Shown here piece after piece: positions 19,104-26,130 of a stretch of 31,208 nucleotides of DNA. Under the pieces are notes generated by a model, which was not told the origin of the DNA, searched no databases, and worked only from the letters and a program-made list of their open reading frames with translations. Numbering within the stretch: position 1 is the first letter of the stretch; every line of letters begins with the position of its first letter. The stretch covers positions 1-31,208 of IMG/VR virus record IMGVR_UViG_3300030433_001893, one strand, 5' to 3'. The translations under genes and the position numbers were made by a program. This DNA is from a virus. Lineage: Duplodnaviria > Caudoviricetes.

Positions 19104-19409
19104 ATGGCTAATACCATCAAGCAAAAACGGGGCACCTCTGATCCAGGTGCCTCAGATCTTGTTGTAGGCGAACTTGCTATTAACACCACTGATGGCGGTG
19201 TTTTTACCAAGACTGATGGTGGATCGGTTGTTGAGGTTGGCGCAGGCGGCGCCACTGTTGCTGATGATTGCATCTACGAGAACTCGCAGACAATTTCTAA
19301 CAACTACACAATCAGCACTAACAAGAACGCTATGAGCGCAGGGCCGATTACTGTCAACGCAAGCGTGACAGTCACAGTACCCTCTGGAAGTACCTACACA
19401 ATCATTTGA
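19104..19409 (+). CDS. Small fibre adaptor protein (Mtd N-terminal-like module + C-terminal module)
   Basis: MANTIKQKRGT..P...L..GELAINTTDG.VF; C-terminal YENSQTISNNYTI..NAMSAGPIT..VTVPSGS similar to the end of 11058-11663. Confidence 0.7.
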   Translation: MANTIKQKRGTSDPGASDLVVGELAINTTDGGVFTKTDGGSVVEVGAGGATVADDCIYENSQTISNNYTISTNKNAMSAGPITVNASVTVTVPSGSTYTII

Positions 19410-19600
19410 TGCAACGCCCTGACCCAATGATCGCCGCTAAGCCTGGAGCGGAGGACATACAGGCCATGGCCTCAAGAGTGCTGTGGATCAACGAGTTGTA
19501 TTTCCTTGATGGTCGCGATCAGATCAGCCATCCGCAGCATGGTTTGTACACCGGCCTAACCAACAAATATGCGCTGCTGGAGTCAACTGACGGCATCTAA
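19406..19600 (+). CDS. Hypothetical protein
   Basis: 64-aa ORF overlapping the previous stop and the next start; ELYFLDGRD...HGLYTGL. Confidence 0.6.
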   Translation: MMQRPDPMIAAKPGAEDIQAMASRVLWINELYFLDGRDQISHPQHGLYTGLTNKYALLESTDGI

Positions 19601-19725
19601 TGGCTAAATCAATCAGCGGGCAAAATTTTGTCCCTAGCAAACCAAAAAAGACTCGTCAAGGGGATGGATCACATTCAAAACCGTCCCATGGACGGAAGAA
19701 GTATCGTGGCCAAGGAAAACGTTAG
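19600..19725 (+). CDS. Small basic protein (41 aa), not in ORF track
   Basis: Hand translation MAKSISGQNFVPSKPKKTRQGDGSHSKPSHGRKKYRGQGKR; TAATG coupling to the upstream gene; fills the gap before 19737. Confidence 0.7.
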   Translation: MAKSISGQNFVPSKPKKTRQGDGSHSKPSHGRKKYRGQGKR

Positions 19726-19736
19726 TTCTCTTTCCA

Positions 19737-20099
19737 ATGTTCAAACTTCTCATTGCGAGTGGTGTCGCCGTTTCAGCAGCTGCGCTGGCATCTCCTGCGC
19801 TCGCCGACGTGTATGTGAACCCTGAATTCAACGGTGGTTCCTACGGCAACGATTGGCTGGGTGGAACCCTCAACCTTGATGTGGGTTACGAAACCTCTGA
19901 TGGCGTGTATTCCTTTTACATCCAAGGCGGTCCTGCAGTTGTCATGCCTGACGGCCTTGACCAAGAGCTGGAACTCGCTGGCAAATTTGGTGGCTCTGTC
20001 GCCGTAAGCGAGAAAGCCTCTGTGTATGGCGAACTCAGCGGCATCACTGGCGATGAGTTTTCTGTTGGAACCAAAGTTGGCATGAAGTACAGCTTCTGA
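19737..20099 (+). CDS. Small outer-membrane beta-barrel-like protein
   Basis: Signal peptide ending ALA|D, alternating amphipathic strands (LNLDVGYE, FYIQGGP, SVYGELSG), C-terminal beta-signal GTKVGMKYSF with terminal Phe. Confidence 0.8.
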   Translation: MFKLLIASGVAVSAAALASPALADVYVNPEFNGGSYGNDWLGGTLNLDVGYETSDGVYSFYIQGGPAVVMPDGLDQELELAGKFGGSVAVSEKASVYGELSGITGDEFSVGTKVGMKYSF

Positions 20100-20122
20100 G
20101 CTACTTTTTAATCGCAGATCTG

Positions 20123-20163
20123 CCCCCTCTCCTGGTTCTCACACAGCAGGAGGGGGGTTTTTT
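20123..20163 (+). terminator. Rho-independent terminator
   Basis: Stem CCCCCTCTCCTG / CAGGAGGGGGG with 12-nt loop GTTCTCACACAG, followed by TTTTTT. Confidence 0.8.
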
Positions 20164-20175
20164 ATCAATGCGATT

Positions 20176-20370
20176 ATGAGCACCAAACTCAACGGCAACA
20201 GGTTCTCCCCAATGGGTAGCCGCGTTCCAACAGAGCTTTTGCCAACCGCTATCCGTTATGAACATGCACGAGCCGTGCTGTTTGATCAATTTGGACAACA
20301 CAGCAAAGCCAGAGAGTGTGAAAAGCTGAAGCGTTATTACGAGCGCCGTAGCATGGATGAGTGCGTTTAA
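20176..20370 (+). CDS. Hypothetical protein
   Basis: 64-aa ATG ORF filling the gap between the terminator and the next gene. Confidence 0.55.
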   Translation: MSTKLNGNRFSPMGSRVPTELLPTAIRYEHARAVLFDQFGQHSKARECEKLKRYYERRSMDECV

Positions 20371-20375
20371 GACTC

Positions 20376-20609
20376 ATGCAACGTATTTACAACCTGCTGG
20401 GGGTACTCGGCTTCGTGATGAGTGGAACAATGGCTGTCATGGGAGTGGTGGCTTACGCCCGCGTCCCATCAATGGTCAAAAGCTACGTCAGCGACTTGAA
20501 GCTTGAGTTGATGGAAACGATTACTGAGATGGTCCCAGGTCAAATTGACCAAGCCATGCCAGAGTTGCCGACCAGCACCGGACCGGCTGTGCCGTTCAAG
20601 CTTCCATGA
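20376..20609 (+). CDS. Membrane-anchored hypothetical protein
   Basis: ATG 20376; N-terminal TM segment (LLGVLGFVMSGTMAVMGVVAY), C-terminal MPELPTSTGPAVPF; ATGA overlap with the next gene. Confidence 0.7.
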   Translation: MQRIYNLLGVLGFVMSGTMAVMGVVAYARVPSMVKSYVSDLKLELMETITEMVPGQIDQAMPELPTSTGPAVPFKLP

Positions 20610-20830
20610 GCGATCAGGTCAATTCACCAGCGCACTACACCAAGGGTCGCGTCGAAGCGATTGAGGTGATCGAAGATGTAGTCGCTGGTGCGCCTGACGC
20701 TGTAACTGGCTATCTGGTGGGGCAGACCATGAAGTACTTACTGCGGGCATGGCACAAGGGCAACACCGTGCAAGACCTGCAGAAGGCCGCTTGGTATTTA
20801 AACCGCGCTATCGACAGGTTCAACGCTTAG
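20606..20830 (+). CDS. DUF3310 family protein (T7 gp1.7 / SaV-like, possible nucleotide kinase)
   Basis: DQVNSPAHY..G.VEAIEVI...G..MKYL.R..HKG..QDLQKAAWYL signature. Confidence 0.85.
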   Translation: MSDQVNSPAHYTKGRVEAIEVIEDVVAGAPDAVTGYLVGQTMKYLLRAWHKGNTVQDLQKAAWYLNRAIDRFNA

Positions 20831-21141
20831 GTAATCATCTTGGTGTTGGCGGTTGGATCATCGTCATGAGCTTCAGGCCCGAAGCCTTCGGACTTGATTT
20901 TTGCCATATCCAGTTCTGGCGCGGGTGCCTCAGGTTTCTTGTCAAACGACGCTAGCCATTCCCGTAGCGCGTCACCTGTAGGCGTACCTTTGGGCCACTT
21001 CACCCATTTGAGGATGGCTTTTGGATCTGTAAATGGCCTGGCTGAGTTGCCGCACAATACGGTGTAAACAACAGGCGGTCCCTCGCGTCTGCGGTTACGT
21101 TCAATCCAAAGTTGACCTGCTGTAAACCGCTCTGACTTCAT
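20827..21141 (-). CDS. Hypothetical protein
   Basis: 104-aa ATG ORF filling the gap between two + strand genes, with only a 4-nt stop overlap and a shared CATG at the start. Confidence 0.6.
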   Translation of the reverse strand: MKSERFTAGQLWIERNRRREGPPVVYTVLCGNSARPFTDPKAILKWVKWPKGTPTGDALREWLASFDKKPEAPAPELDMAKIKSEGFGPEAHDDDPTANTKMIT

Positions 21142-21907
21142 GCCTCAAATCCGTGAAATAGGTGTGCAAAGGATTGCGGTGCCTGATATCTCAGTAGGTA
21201 AGCCAATCCCGCCCCCTGTTTTACCAGCAGCAGCACCAGTTACCTCAGCAGCGTTTCCAGTTATTGAAATGCCTGGCTGCGTGCGTGCTCGTGTCAGCAA
21301 GGGCAGTGGTGTTGAGACGTTTGAGGACGACCCAAGAGGCACAGTCACTTTGTGCGATGGAGGAGTACCTGTATACGAAGCCCCTGACTACAGGCCTCAT
21401 GATTTCACATGGGTAGAGCCTCCAACAGCCCCCATGAAAAAGCCGGAGACAAAAGCTCCGGCAGCGATCCCTTCCCCAATTGTGCCGGGAGCCGACCCCG
21501 ACAATTCAAGGTTGCCACCAGATCCACCGTGCCCAGCTTTCGGCGCGAAAGAAATCGGATCGTTTAACAAATTAGGGACAGAGGTTCTTGCTGGTTATGA
21601 GCTGAGAGATGGCAAGTGCATAGCGCTTTGGGATCCTGTGCCTGTCGCACAGGTCGTCAACAATTATGTGCCTGATGTCGGCCCGACTGTTTCAGTTGCA
21701 GTGACCGCAGCGTTTGCCACTACTGCTGCCATCTTGAGCAAGCCAATTGCATCAGTGCTGCAGAAGCTGGTCAAGCCGATCACGAAGAAGGTCGTCAAGA
21801 AGCTCCTTTTGAAAAAGGAGAAACCGGTATCTTTACGGGAACGGATCCTGGCGCAACGAGATCGGAATCGCGCACTAATGGCTTTACGTCGGGCTGTGGG
21901 TAAATAA
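21140..21907 (+). CDS. Pro-rich, Cys-paired protein with C-terminal membrane anchor
   Basis: PGCV...TLCDG and PCP...KCI Cys pairs; TM segment VSVAVTAAFATTAAIL followed by a Lys/Arg-rich tail. Confidence 0.7.
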   Translation: MPQIREIGVQRIAVPDISVGKPIPPPVLPAAAPVTSAAFPVIEMPGCVRARVSKGSGVETFEDDPRGTVTLCDGGVPVYEAPDYRPHDFTWVEPPTAPMKKPETKAPAAIPSPIVPGADPDNSRLPPDPPCPAFGAKEIGSFNKLGTEVLAGYELRDGKCIALWDPVPVAQVVNNYVPDVGPTVSVAVTAAFATTAAILSKPIASVLQKLVKPITKKVVKKLLLKKEKPVSLRERILAQRDRNRALMALRRAVGK

Positions 21908-22565
21908 TTTCGTGAGTGTGATCCTTGAAAGGGATCGGCTTCAGCACTACGTCTGCACAAATGGCCTTGAACGGGCTGTTGCTGGAAAAACCATAACCCT
22001 CACGAATTGCCTGAGCACATGCCTTGAGGCGCCCCATTTCGTAGTTCAACCGCTTGTCAGCAAGGCTCTGTTCGTAAAGCGCGACCTGTTTCTCTGCTGC
22101 TTTCAGGCACATGTTTATGGCCCGACGATCTAGTGGCACTGAAATAGTGGCAGTGATGCCAAAGTTGTTGCTGTAATTGCTGCGATAGCCCGTCCTCATT
22201 GGCTTCATGAACAGGACTCGGCCTGGAGAATCGGGGATTCCATCCGGCCCGTCCAAGCCTGTTTCTGGGTCAATTAAGCCGTAATTGTCGCTGTTGTCGT
22301 AAACCGGCTCTTCATAGTATTCATTGTTGGGCCTACCCCAAGAGTGAACACCAGACACAAACGGGGAAATATTCAACGTGGCTCCGTCACACTGAATTCC
22401 AGACCCAAAGCTGAATTTTTGATATTGACCCGGCGTCACCTGCACGGCCTGGTTAACCACTGAGCCACTGCTATTGCTCACCGGAGATGCAGTTGCACTG
22501 ACTTGTGCAGCAGCAGGTGCCGTGTAAATCAAGCCGAGTAGCAGCGCAGTTGCTGTCGCTCTCAT
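21795..22565 (-). CDS. Exported hypothetical protein (possible outer-membrane channel subunit)
   Basis: Signal peptide ending PAAA|Q; strands LNISPFVSG and NNFGITATISVPLD followed by a helical segment; 4 Cys. Confidence 0.7.
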   Translation of the reverse strand: MRATATALLLGLIYTAPAAAQVSATASPVSNSSGSVVNQAVQVTPGQYQKFSFGSGIQCDGATLNISPFVSGVHSWGRPNNEYYEEPVYDNSDNYGLIDPETGLDGPDGIPDSPGRVLFMKPMRTGYRSNYSNNFGITATISVPLDRRAINMCLKAAEKQVALYEQSLADKRLNYEMGRLKACAQAIREGYGFSSNSPFKAICADVVLKPIPFKDHTHEIIYPQPDVKPLVRDSDLVAPGSVPVKIPVSPFSKGAS

Positions 22566-22957
22566 TGGCTGAATGTGCTGGTGGAGTCGGTCACGCTTTC
22601 AATAATGGTCTCTCTGTCAATGATCACTTTTTCAATGAGCCCAGGGCCTTGGTAGGTCTCCGCAAACTGAAAGGCAGCGCCTGGGGTTGATTGCACCCAA
22701 GTGCTTTTGCTGGAAAGATCTAAGCCCGTGCCGCTTACGGCTGGGCTCACAACCCCATCAGTGGGTTCTACTCCAGTGCCGCTGACCGTGTATTCCCAGC
22801 CAGTGCGGTGCGACTCTGAGACAATCGACTCTTTGACAATCGTTTTGGTCTCTGTGTGAGTCGAGACGACACCTTGGCTGAAGTTAGGCACTACAGGTAC
22901 AGCTGCCGCTGGTGATGCCAAAAGTAGCAATAGCGCACTAGCGGCTCTGCAGTTCAC
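22562..22957 (-). CDS. Exported hypothetical protein (beta-rich)
   Basis: Signal peptide ending PAAA|V; VPVVPNFSQG...FQFAETYQGPG...STSTFSQ; ATGA-coupled to the next gene. Confidence 0.7.
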   Translation of the reverse strand: MNCRAASALLLLLASPAAAVPVVPNFSQGVVSTHTETKTIVKESIVSESHRTGWEYTVSGTGVEPTDGVVSPAVSGTGLDLSSKSTWVQSTPGAAFQFAETYQGPGLIEKVIIDRETIIESVTDSTSTFSQ

Positions 22958-23441
22958 TGATCACCTGCCCGATCGCGCTGGTGTTTCCTGCGCCTGGAGA
23001 AATCGTTATTGCCCCGTTCGTGGTGATTGTGCCTGCCAAGCCAGTATTGGTGCCTGCTGCGGTGCTAGTCACATCGCCGAAAGCTGGAACCTCGCCAACC
23101 GTTGGAGCTGAGGTAGGCACGGTGTCACCTTGGGTGTAGCTGTTGGCAAAACTGAAAGCATTCCCACCAGTCGCCTGTGTTGCATCTGGAATCGTGATGG
23201 CATTGACGCCGTTAGTGGCTGATCCAAGACCACCGATGGCATCAGCGGTGGTATTGCCGCCTGCAGTGACGCTGGTGTCAACACCGCTGCCGCTGATGCT
23301 GTAGCTGTTACCCACGCGAATTGCACGGCTTGAAGCAGCGCCCACATCGAGCTGAACACTGCTGCTCAGCCGATGAGTCAAGTCAGCATGGGCAGGGGCA
23401 GCGAGCAAAGTAATCCCCAATACCAAAAGTGTGTGCTTCAT
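22938..23441 (-). CDS. Exported hypothetical protein (Gly/Ser/Thr/Ala-rich)
   Basis: Signal peptide ending PAHA|D; SSSVQLDV...GNSYSISGSGV...FSFANSYTQGD...SAIGQVISEL. Confidence 0.75.
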   Translation of the reverse strand: MKHTLLVLGITLLAAPAHADLTHRLSSSVQLDVGAASSRAIRVGNSYSISGSGVDTSVTAGGNTTADAIGGLGSATNGVNAITIPDATQATGGNAFSFANSYTQGDTVPTSAPTVGEVPAFGDVTSTAAGTNTGLAGTITTNGAITISPGAGNTSAIGQVISELQSR

Positions 23442-23716
23442 TTGGTGGTGGAAGTGGTGCTTTTACTTTCAAGGTTAACGCTTTCATCTTTTTTCTTCTT
23501 GCCTGTTCTGTTCATGGTCAATCCATAGCTGGCTGCAGTTGAACTCAACAGTGATGCGCTGAAAGTCACGTCGATTTGACCCTTGAAATAACCGACGTAA
23601 TTAGCCGTGATAATCGCCATCGCCCACAACATGATTGTGATGCGGACAAAGTCGCCCAACCAGCCATTGCTGTGGTCTTCCTGTTCCTGGTCTTGCGCTT
23701 CCTTGCTTTCTGCCAT
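23438..23716 (-). CDS. Small membrane protein
   Basis: Acidic N-terminus, TM FVRITIMLWAMAIITANYV, second hydrophobic stretch IDVTFSASLL..TAASYGL, basic KKKK; ATGA overlap. Confidence 0.7.
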   Translation of the reverse strand: MAESKEAQDQEQEDHSNGWLGDFVRITIMLWAMAIITANYVGYFKGQIDVTFSASLLSSTAASYGLTMNRTGKKKKDESVNLESKSTTSTTK

Positions 23717-23739
23717 GATGGTTTGACGCTAGAGGTCGA

Positions 23740-23994
23740 ATGGTGGTTGAAGTCTGGGCTGCAGTAGCTGGAGCGTCTGTTGGCGTTGCCTCAGCTGGGC
23801 TGACGGGAATGAGCCGTCAAAGCCAGCAGGGCCGTGACTCCCTGATTCGCCTTACAACCGCTGTAGACAACCTAGCCAGCCGTCTTGATGTGCTCCACGC
23901 AGACATCAGAACTCGCGATCAAGAAATCTTTGCGCGACTGGCAAATCTGGAGCAGTCAGTAGCGCGACTGGAAGGACATAGCAATAGGAACTAA
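23740..23994 (+). CDS. Membrane-anchored coiled-coil protein (possible lysis accessory)
   Basis: Hydrophobic N-terminus, heptad-rich C-terminus (RLANLEQSVARLEG); upstream of the peptidase. Confidence 0.65.
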   Translation: MVVEVWAAVAGASVGVASAGLTGMSRQSQQGRDSLIRLTTAVDNLASRLDVLHADIRTRDQEIFARLANLEQSVARLEGHSNRN

Positions 23995-24021
23995 GGTATT
24001 AGTGCTGTTCAAAACAGTCTC

Positions 24022-24195
24022 ATGCTTTTAGTACTCAAGCCCTTGGTGATGACCATGTGGCGCTCAAGGGCATTCAAAGACTTGATTGTCGCGATGCTTG
24101 AAAAGATCGTGACTCGTACTGACAACGATCTGGATGATCTTGCTGTAAAGCATTTGAAGGAGCTGCTTCTGCCTGACACTCGTGTGGAGAAGTGA
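24022..24195 (+). CDS. Small hypothetical protein (57 aa, TDNDLDD motif), not in ORF track
   Basis: Hand translation MLLVLKPLVMTMWRSRAFKDLIVAMLEKIVTRTDNDLDDLAVKHLKELLLPDTRVEK; lysis-region position. Confidence 0.7.
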   Translation: MLLVLKPLVMTMWRSRAFKDLIVAMLEKIVTRTDNDLDDLAVKHLKELLLPDTRVEK

Positions 24196-24338
24196 AGCTA
24201 TCCGCGTTTTCGGCGACTGGCTGGTTTCTTGCAGGCAGCGCGGTCACGTTTTTGCTTTGCAGTTCAATGCTGGTTTTCATCGCCGGATACAGCACTGGCG
24301 TAAACAGTTGCGACCAAGCAACATCAGACCAGCTTTAG
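24192..24338 (+). CDS. Small single-TM protein (48 aa, holin candidate), not in ORF track
   Basis: GTGA overlap; MKLSAFSATGWFLAGSAVTFLLCSSMLVFIAGYSTGVNSCDQATSDQL; immediately precedes the peptidase. Confidence 0.5.
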   Translation: MKLSAFSATGWFLAGSAVTFLLCSSMLVFIAGYSTGVNSCDQATSDQL

Positions 24339-24349
24339 CTGTAACTGGT

Positions 24350-25054
24350 GTGTTGAGTCTGCTGCCGTTTTTCCAGTTTTTCCGTGGTACGCCCCACCAG
24401 TTGGCTGCAATTAAACAGCTTGAAGAGTCGCTGCCAGCGCGATTACTGGAGGAAAACGAGGCTGATTGGTTTCAAGCGTGGAAGGAAAGTGGATATGACC
24501 AGCAGATCTATATGCCCTACTTCAGGCAGTGGGACAACAAGACTGGCACGGGTTATAGGGAGTGCTTCTCGTCGGCGTCAGCAATGGTGGCAGCGTTTTA
24601 TCGGCGCGTTAAGACGGATGATGAGTACAACGACATCCGCGCCAAGTACGGCGACAGCACGTCGGTAGACGCTCAGTTGGCAGCATTGCGCAGTCTCGGC
24701 TTGAGAGCTGAGTTCCGCAAAGACGGTGACGCTGACTTAGTAGAGCGTGAGCTTGAAGCAGGCAGGCCAGTCATGGTCGGCTGGCTTCATGCAGGCAACA
24801 TGCTCTTAGGAGAACCCCCTATGTGCAATGCATTGGGTTGCGGGCACTGGAGCGTTATCAGCGGCTATGCCGGCAAAAACAGCAGCGATCCTGAGTGGAT
24901 CATGCAAGACCCTCGTGGTTACCCCGAAATGGAGAAGGGTGGCCACTCAAACCCGCACCTCGGACGCAATGTCCGTGTAAGACAAGCGGCGTTCTATCAA
25001 CGCTGGCAAGCTGAAGGGCCAAAAACCGGCTGGGTGATCTTGGTCAGCGACTGA
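24350..25054 (+). CDS. C39-like cysteine peptidase, probable endolysin
   Basis: PYFRQWDN..G.GYRECFSSASAM (Gln/Cys), GHWSVISGY (His), IMQDP (Asp); GTG 24350 preferred over 24182 because two small ORFs occupy the upstream part. Confidence 0.8.
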   Translation: MLSLLPFFQFFRGTPHQLAAIKQLEESLPARLLEENEADWFQAWKESGYDQQIYMPYFRQWDNKTGTGYRECFSSASAMVAAFYRRVKTDDEYNDIRAKYGDSTSVDAQLAALRSLGLRAEFRKDGDADLVERELEAGRPVMVGWLHAGNMLLGEPPMCNALGCGHWSVISGYAGKNSSDPEWIMQDPRGYPEMEKGGHSNPHLGRNVRVRQAAFYQRWQAEGPKTGWVILVSD

Positions 25055-25087
25055 GATCTAAGTACCATTGGTTTTTGCGTTGCTCGT

Positions 25088-25606
25088 ATGGCGGTTCTGT
25101 GTGACTGGGAGATCCAAGCTCGTTGCAGGAAAGGCAACATGGTCGTCCCATTTGATCCAGAACTGCTGAATCCAGCCAGTTTGGACTTGCGCTTGGGCGA
25201 TCACTTGATGATCGAAAGCATCTATAGCCCTGAGCTGATTCGCATCGACATCTCAGACAGGACAGAAGATGAGCCGTTCATGCTTCAGCCCGGCGAGTTT
25301 TGCTTGGCTGAGACACTTGAGCTGTTTAACCTGCCCGACGACATCAGCTGCCAATTTGTACTCAAGTCAAGCCGTGCAAGAGATGGCGTTAATCACCTTC
25401 TCGCTGGCTGGTGCGATCCAGGCTGGCACGGAAGCAAGCTCACGCTCGAATTGAAGAACGAGCGACTGCATCATGCATTGCCTTTCTACCCAGGCATGAA
25501 GATCGGTCAGATGGTGTTTCACGCCATGTCAAACACTCCCATGCACTCGTACGCAGAGACAGGCCATTACAACAACCACTTGACAGTCATGCCCTCTGTG
25601 GCATGA
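25088..25606 (+). CDS. dcd: dCTP deaminase
   Basis: LNPASLDLRLG, LQPGEFCLAETLE, LKSSRARDG, AGWCDPGWHGSKLTLEL, GMKIGQMVF. Confidence 0.93.
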   Translation: MAVLCDWEIQARCRKGNMVVPFDPELLNPASLDLRLGDHLMIESIYSPELIRIDISDRTEDEPFMLQPGEFCLAETLELFNLPDDISCQFVLKSSRARDGVNHLLAGWCDPGWHGSKLTLELKNERLHHALPFYPGMKIGQMVFHAMSNTPMHSYAETGHYNNHLTVMPSVA

Positions 25607-25628
25607 ATTGAGAAGAATCTTCAAGGCT

Positions 25629-25847
25629 ATGGGCTGGGCTGACTGGATGGTCATCAACCAAAGCCTTGAGGAGGAACTTGAACTTGAGAAGAGTGTCCGC
25701 GACGTTCAAAGCTGTGATGACGGCGATGCGTTGCGGACTTTATGTATCTCTTTGGTAAAAACCAACTGGCACCAAGCCAAGCTGCTGCAGCAGGCCGTTG
25801 GTCACATCGCAGAACTTGATGCTTGCGAGGCAGCCATGGAGCTGTAA
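25629..25847 (+). CDS. Hypothetical protein
   Basis: ATG 25629; WM....SLEEELELE...LC..L...WHQ.KLLQQAVGHIAELD, helical. Confidence 0.65.
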   Translation: MGWADWMVINQSLEEELELEKSVRDVQSCDDGDALRTLCISLVKTNWHQAKLLQQAVGHIAELDACEAAMEL

Positions 25848-25984
25848 GCAACGCTTACAAGCTCAAAAAACTGCTTAGCCGCCCAGTCTTTTGACTCTGG
25901 AAAGTAGCGTGCCATGCCGCCATATTGAACCAACCAGACAGGGCAACCATCCTTAACCACAGGCTCAATAGTTGGCTTTGGCAT
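25802..25984 (-). CDS. Hypothetical protein
   Basis: 60-aa ATG ORF, last of the - strand run; converges on 25629-25847. Confidence 0.5.
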   Translation of the reverse strand: MPKPTIEPVVKDGCPVWLVQYGGMARYFPESKDWAAKQFFELVSVAYSSMAASQASSSAM

Positions 25985-26126
25985 GTTTCATGTGCTGGAT
26001 GTAAATGTCAGCCTGCCAAAGATCATTTGAAAACTGCTTTTGACCATCAGGGCCGCAGCTGCAATAGCGAGGCTCACCAATCGGTTCTACACCTTGTGTG
26101 ATGTAAAAGCCATCGCCATAGTCCAT
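25965..26126 (-). CDS. Hypothetical protein
   Basis: ATG 26126 just after the upstream stop; MDYGDGFYITQG...PRYCSCGPDG...DLWQADIY. Confidence 0.55.
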   Translation of the reverse strand: MDYGDGFYITQGVEPIGEPRYCSCGPDGQKQFSNDLWQADIYIQHMKHAKANY

Positions 26127-26130
26127 TGCA

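Noticed and set aside
13979-19409. Diversity-generating retroelement suggested by Mtd-N-like modules
   Set aside because: No reverse transcriptase and no template/variable repeat pair differing at adenines was seen in the window.
1147-19427. Many 60-160 aa alternative-frame and antisense ORFs within tail genes
   Set aside because: They lie inside long genes with clear family motifs and show no motifs of their own; expected shadow ORFs.
19628-19831. Track ORFs 19628-19825 (+) and 19634-19831 (-)
   Set aside because: They conflict with the better supported 19600-19725 and 19737-20099 genes.
24182-24349. N-terminal 56 aa of the 290-aa peptidase ORF
   Set aside because: Region is better explained by coupled small ORFs 24022-24195 and 24192-24338; the peptidase likely starts at GTG 24350.
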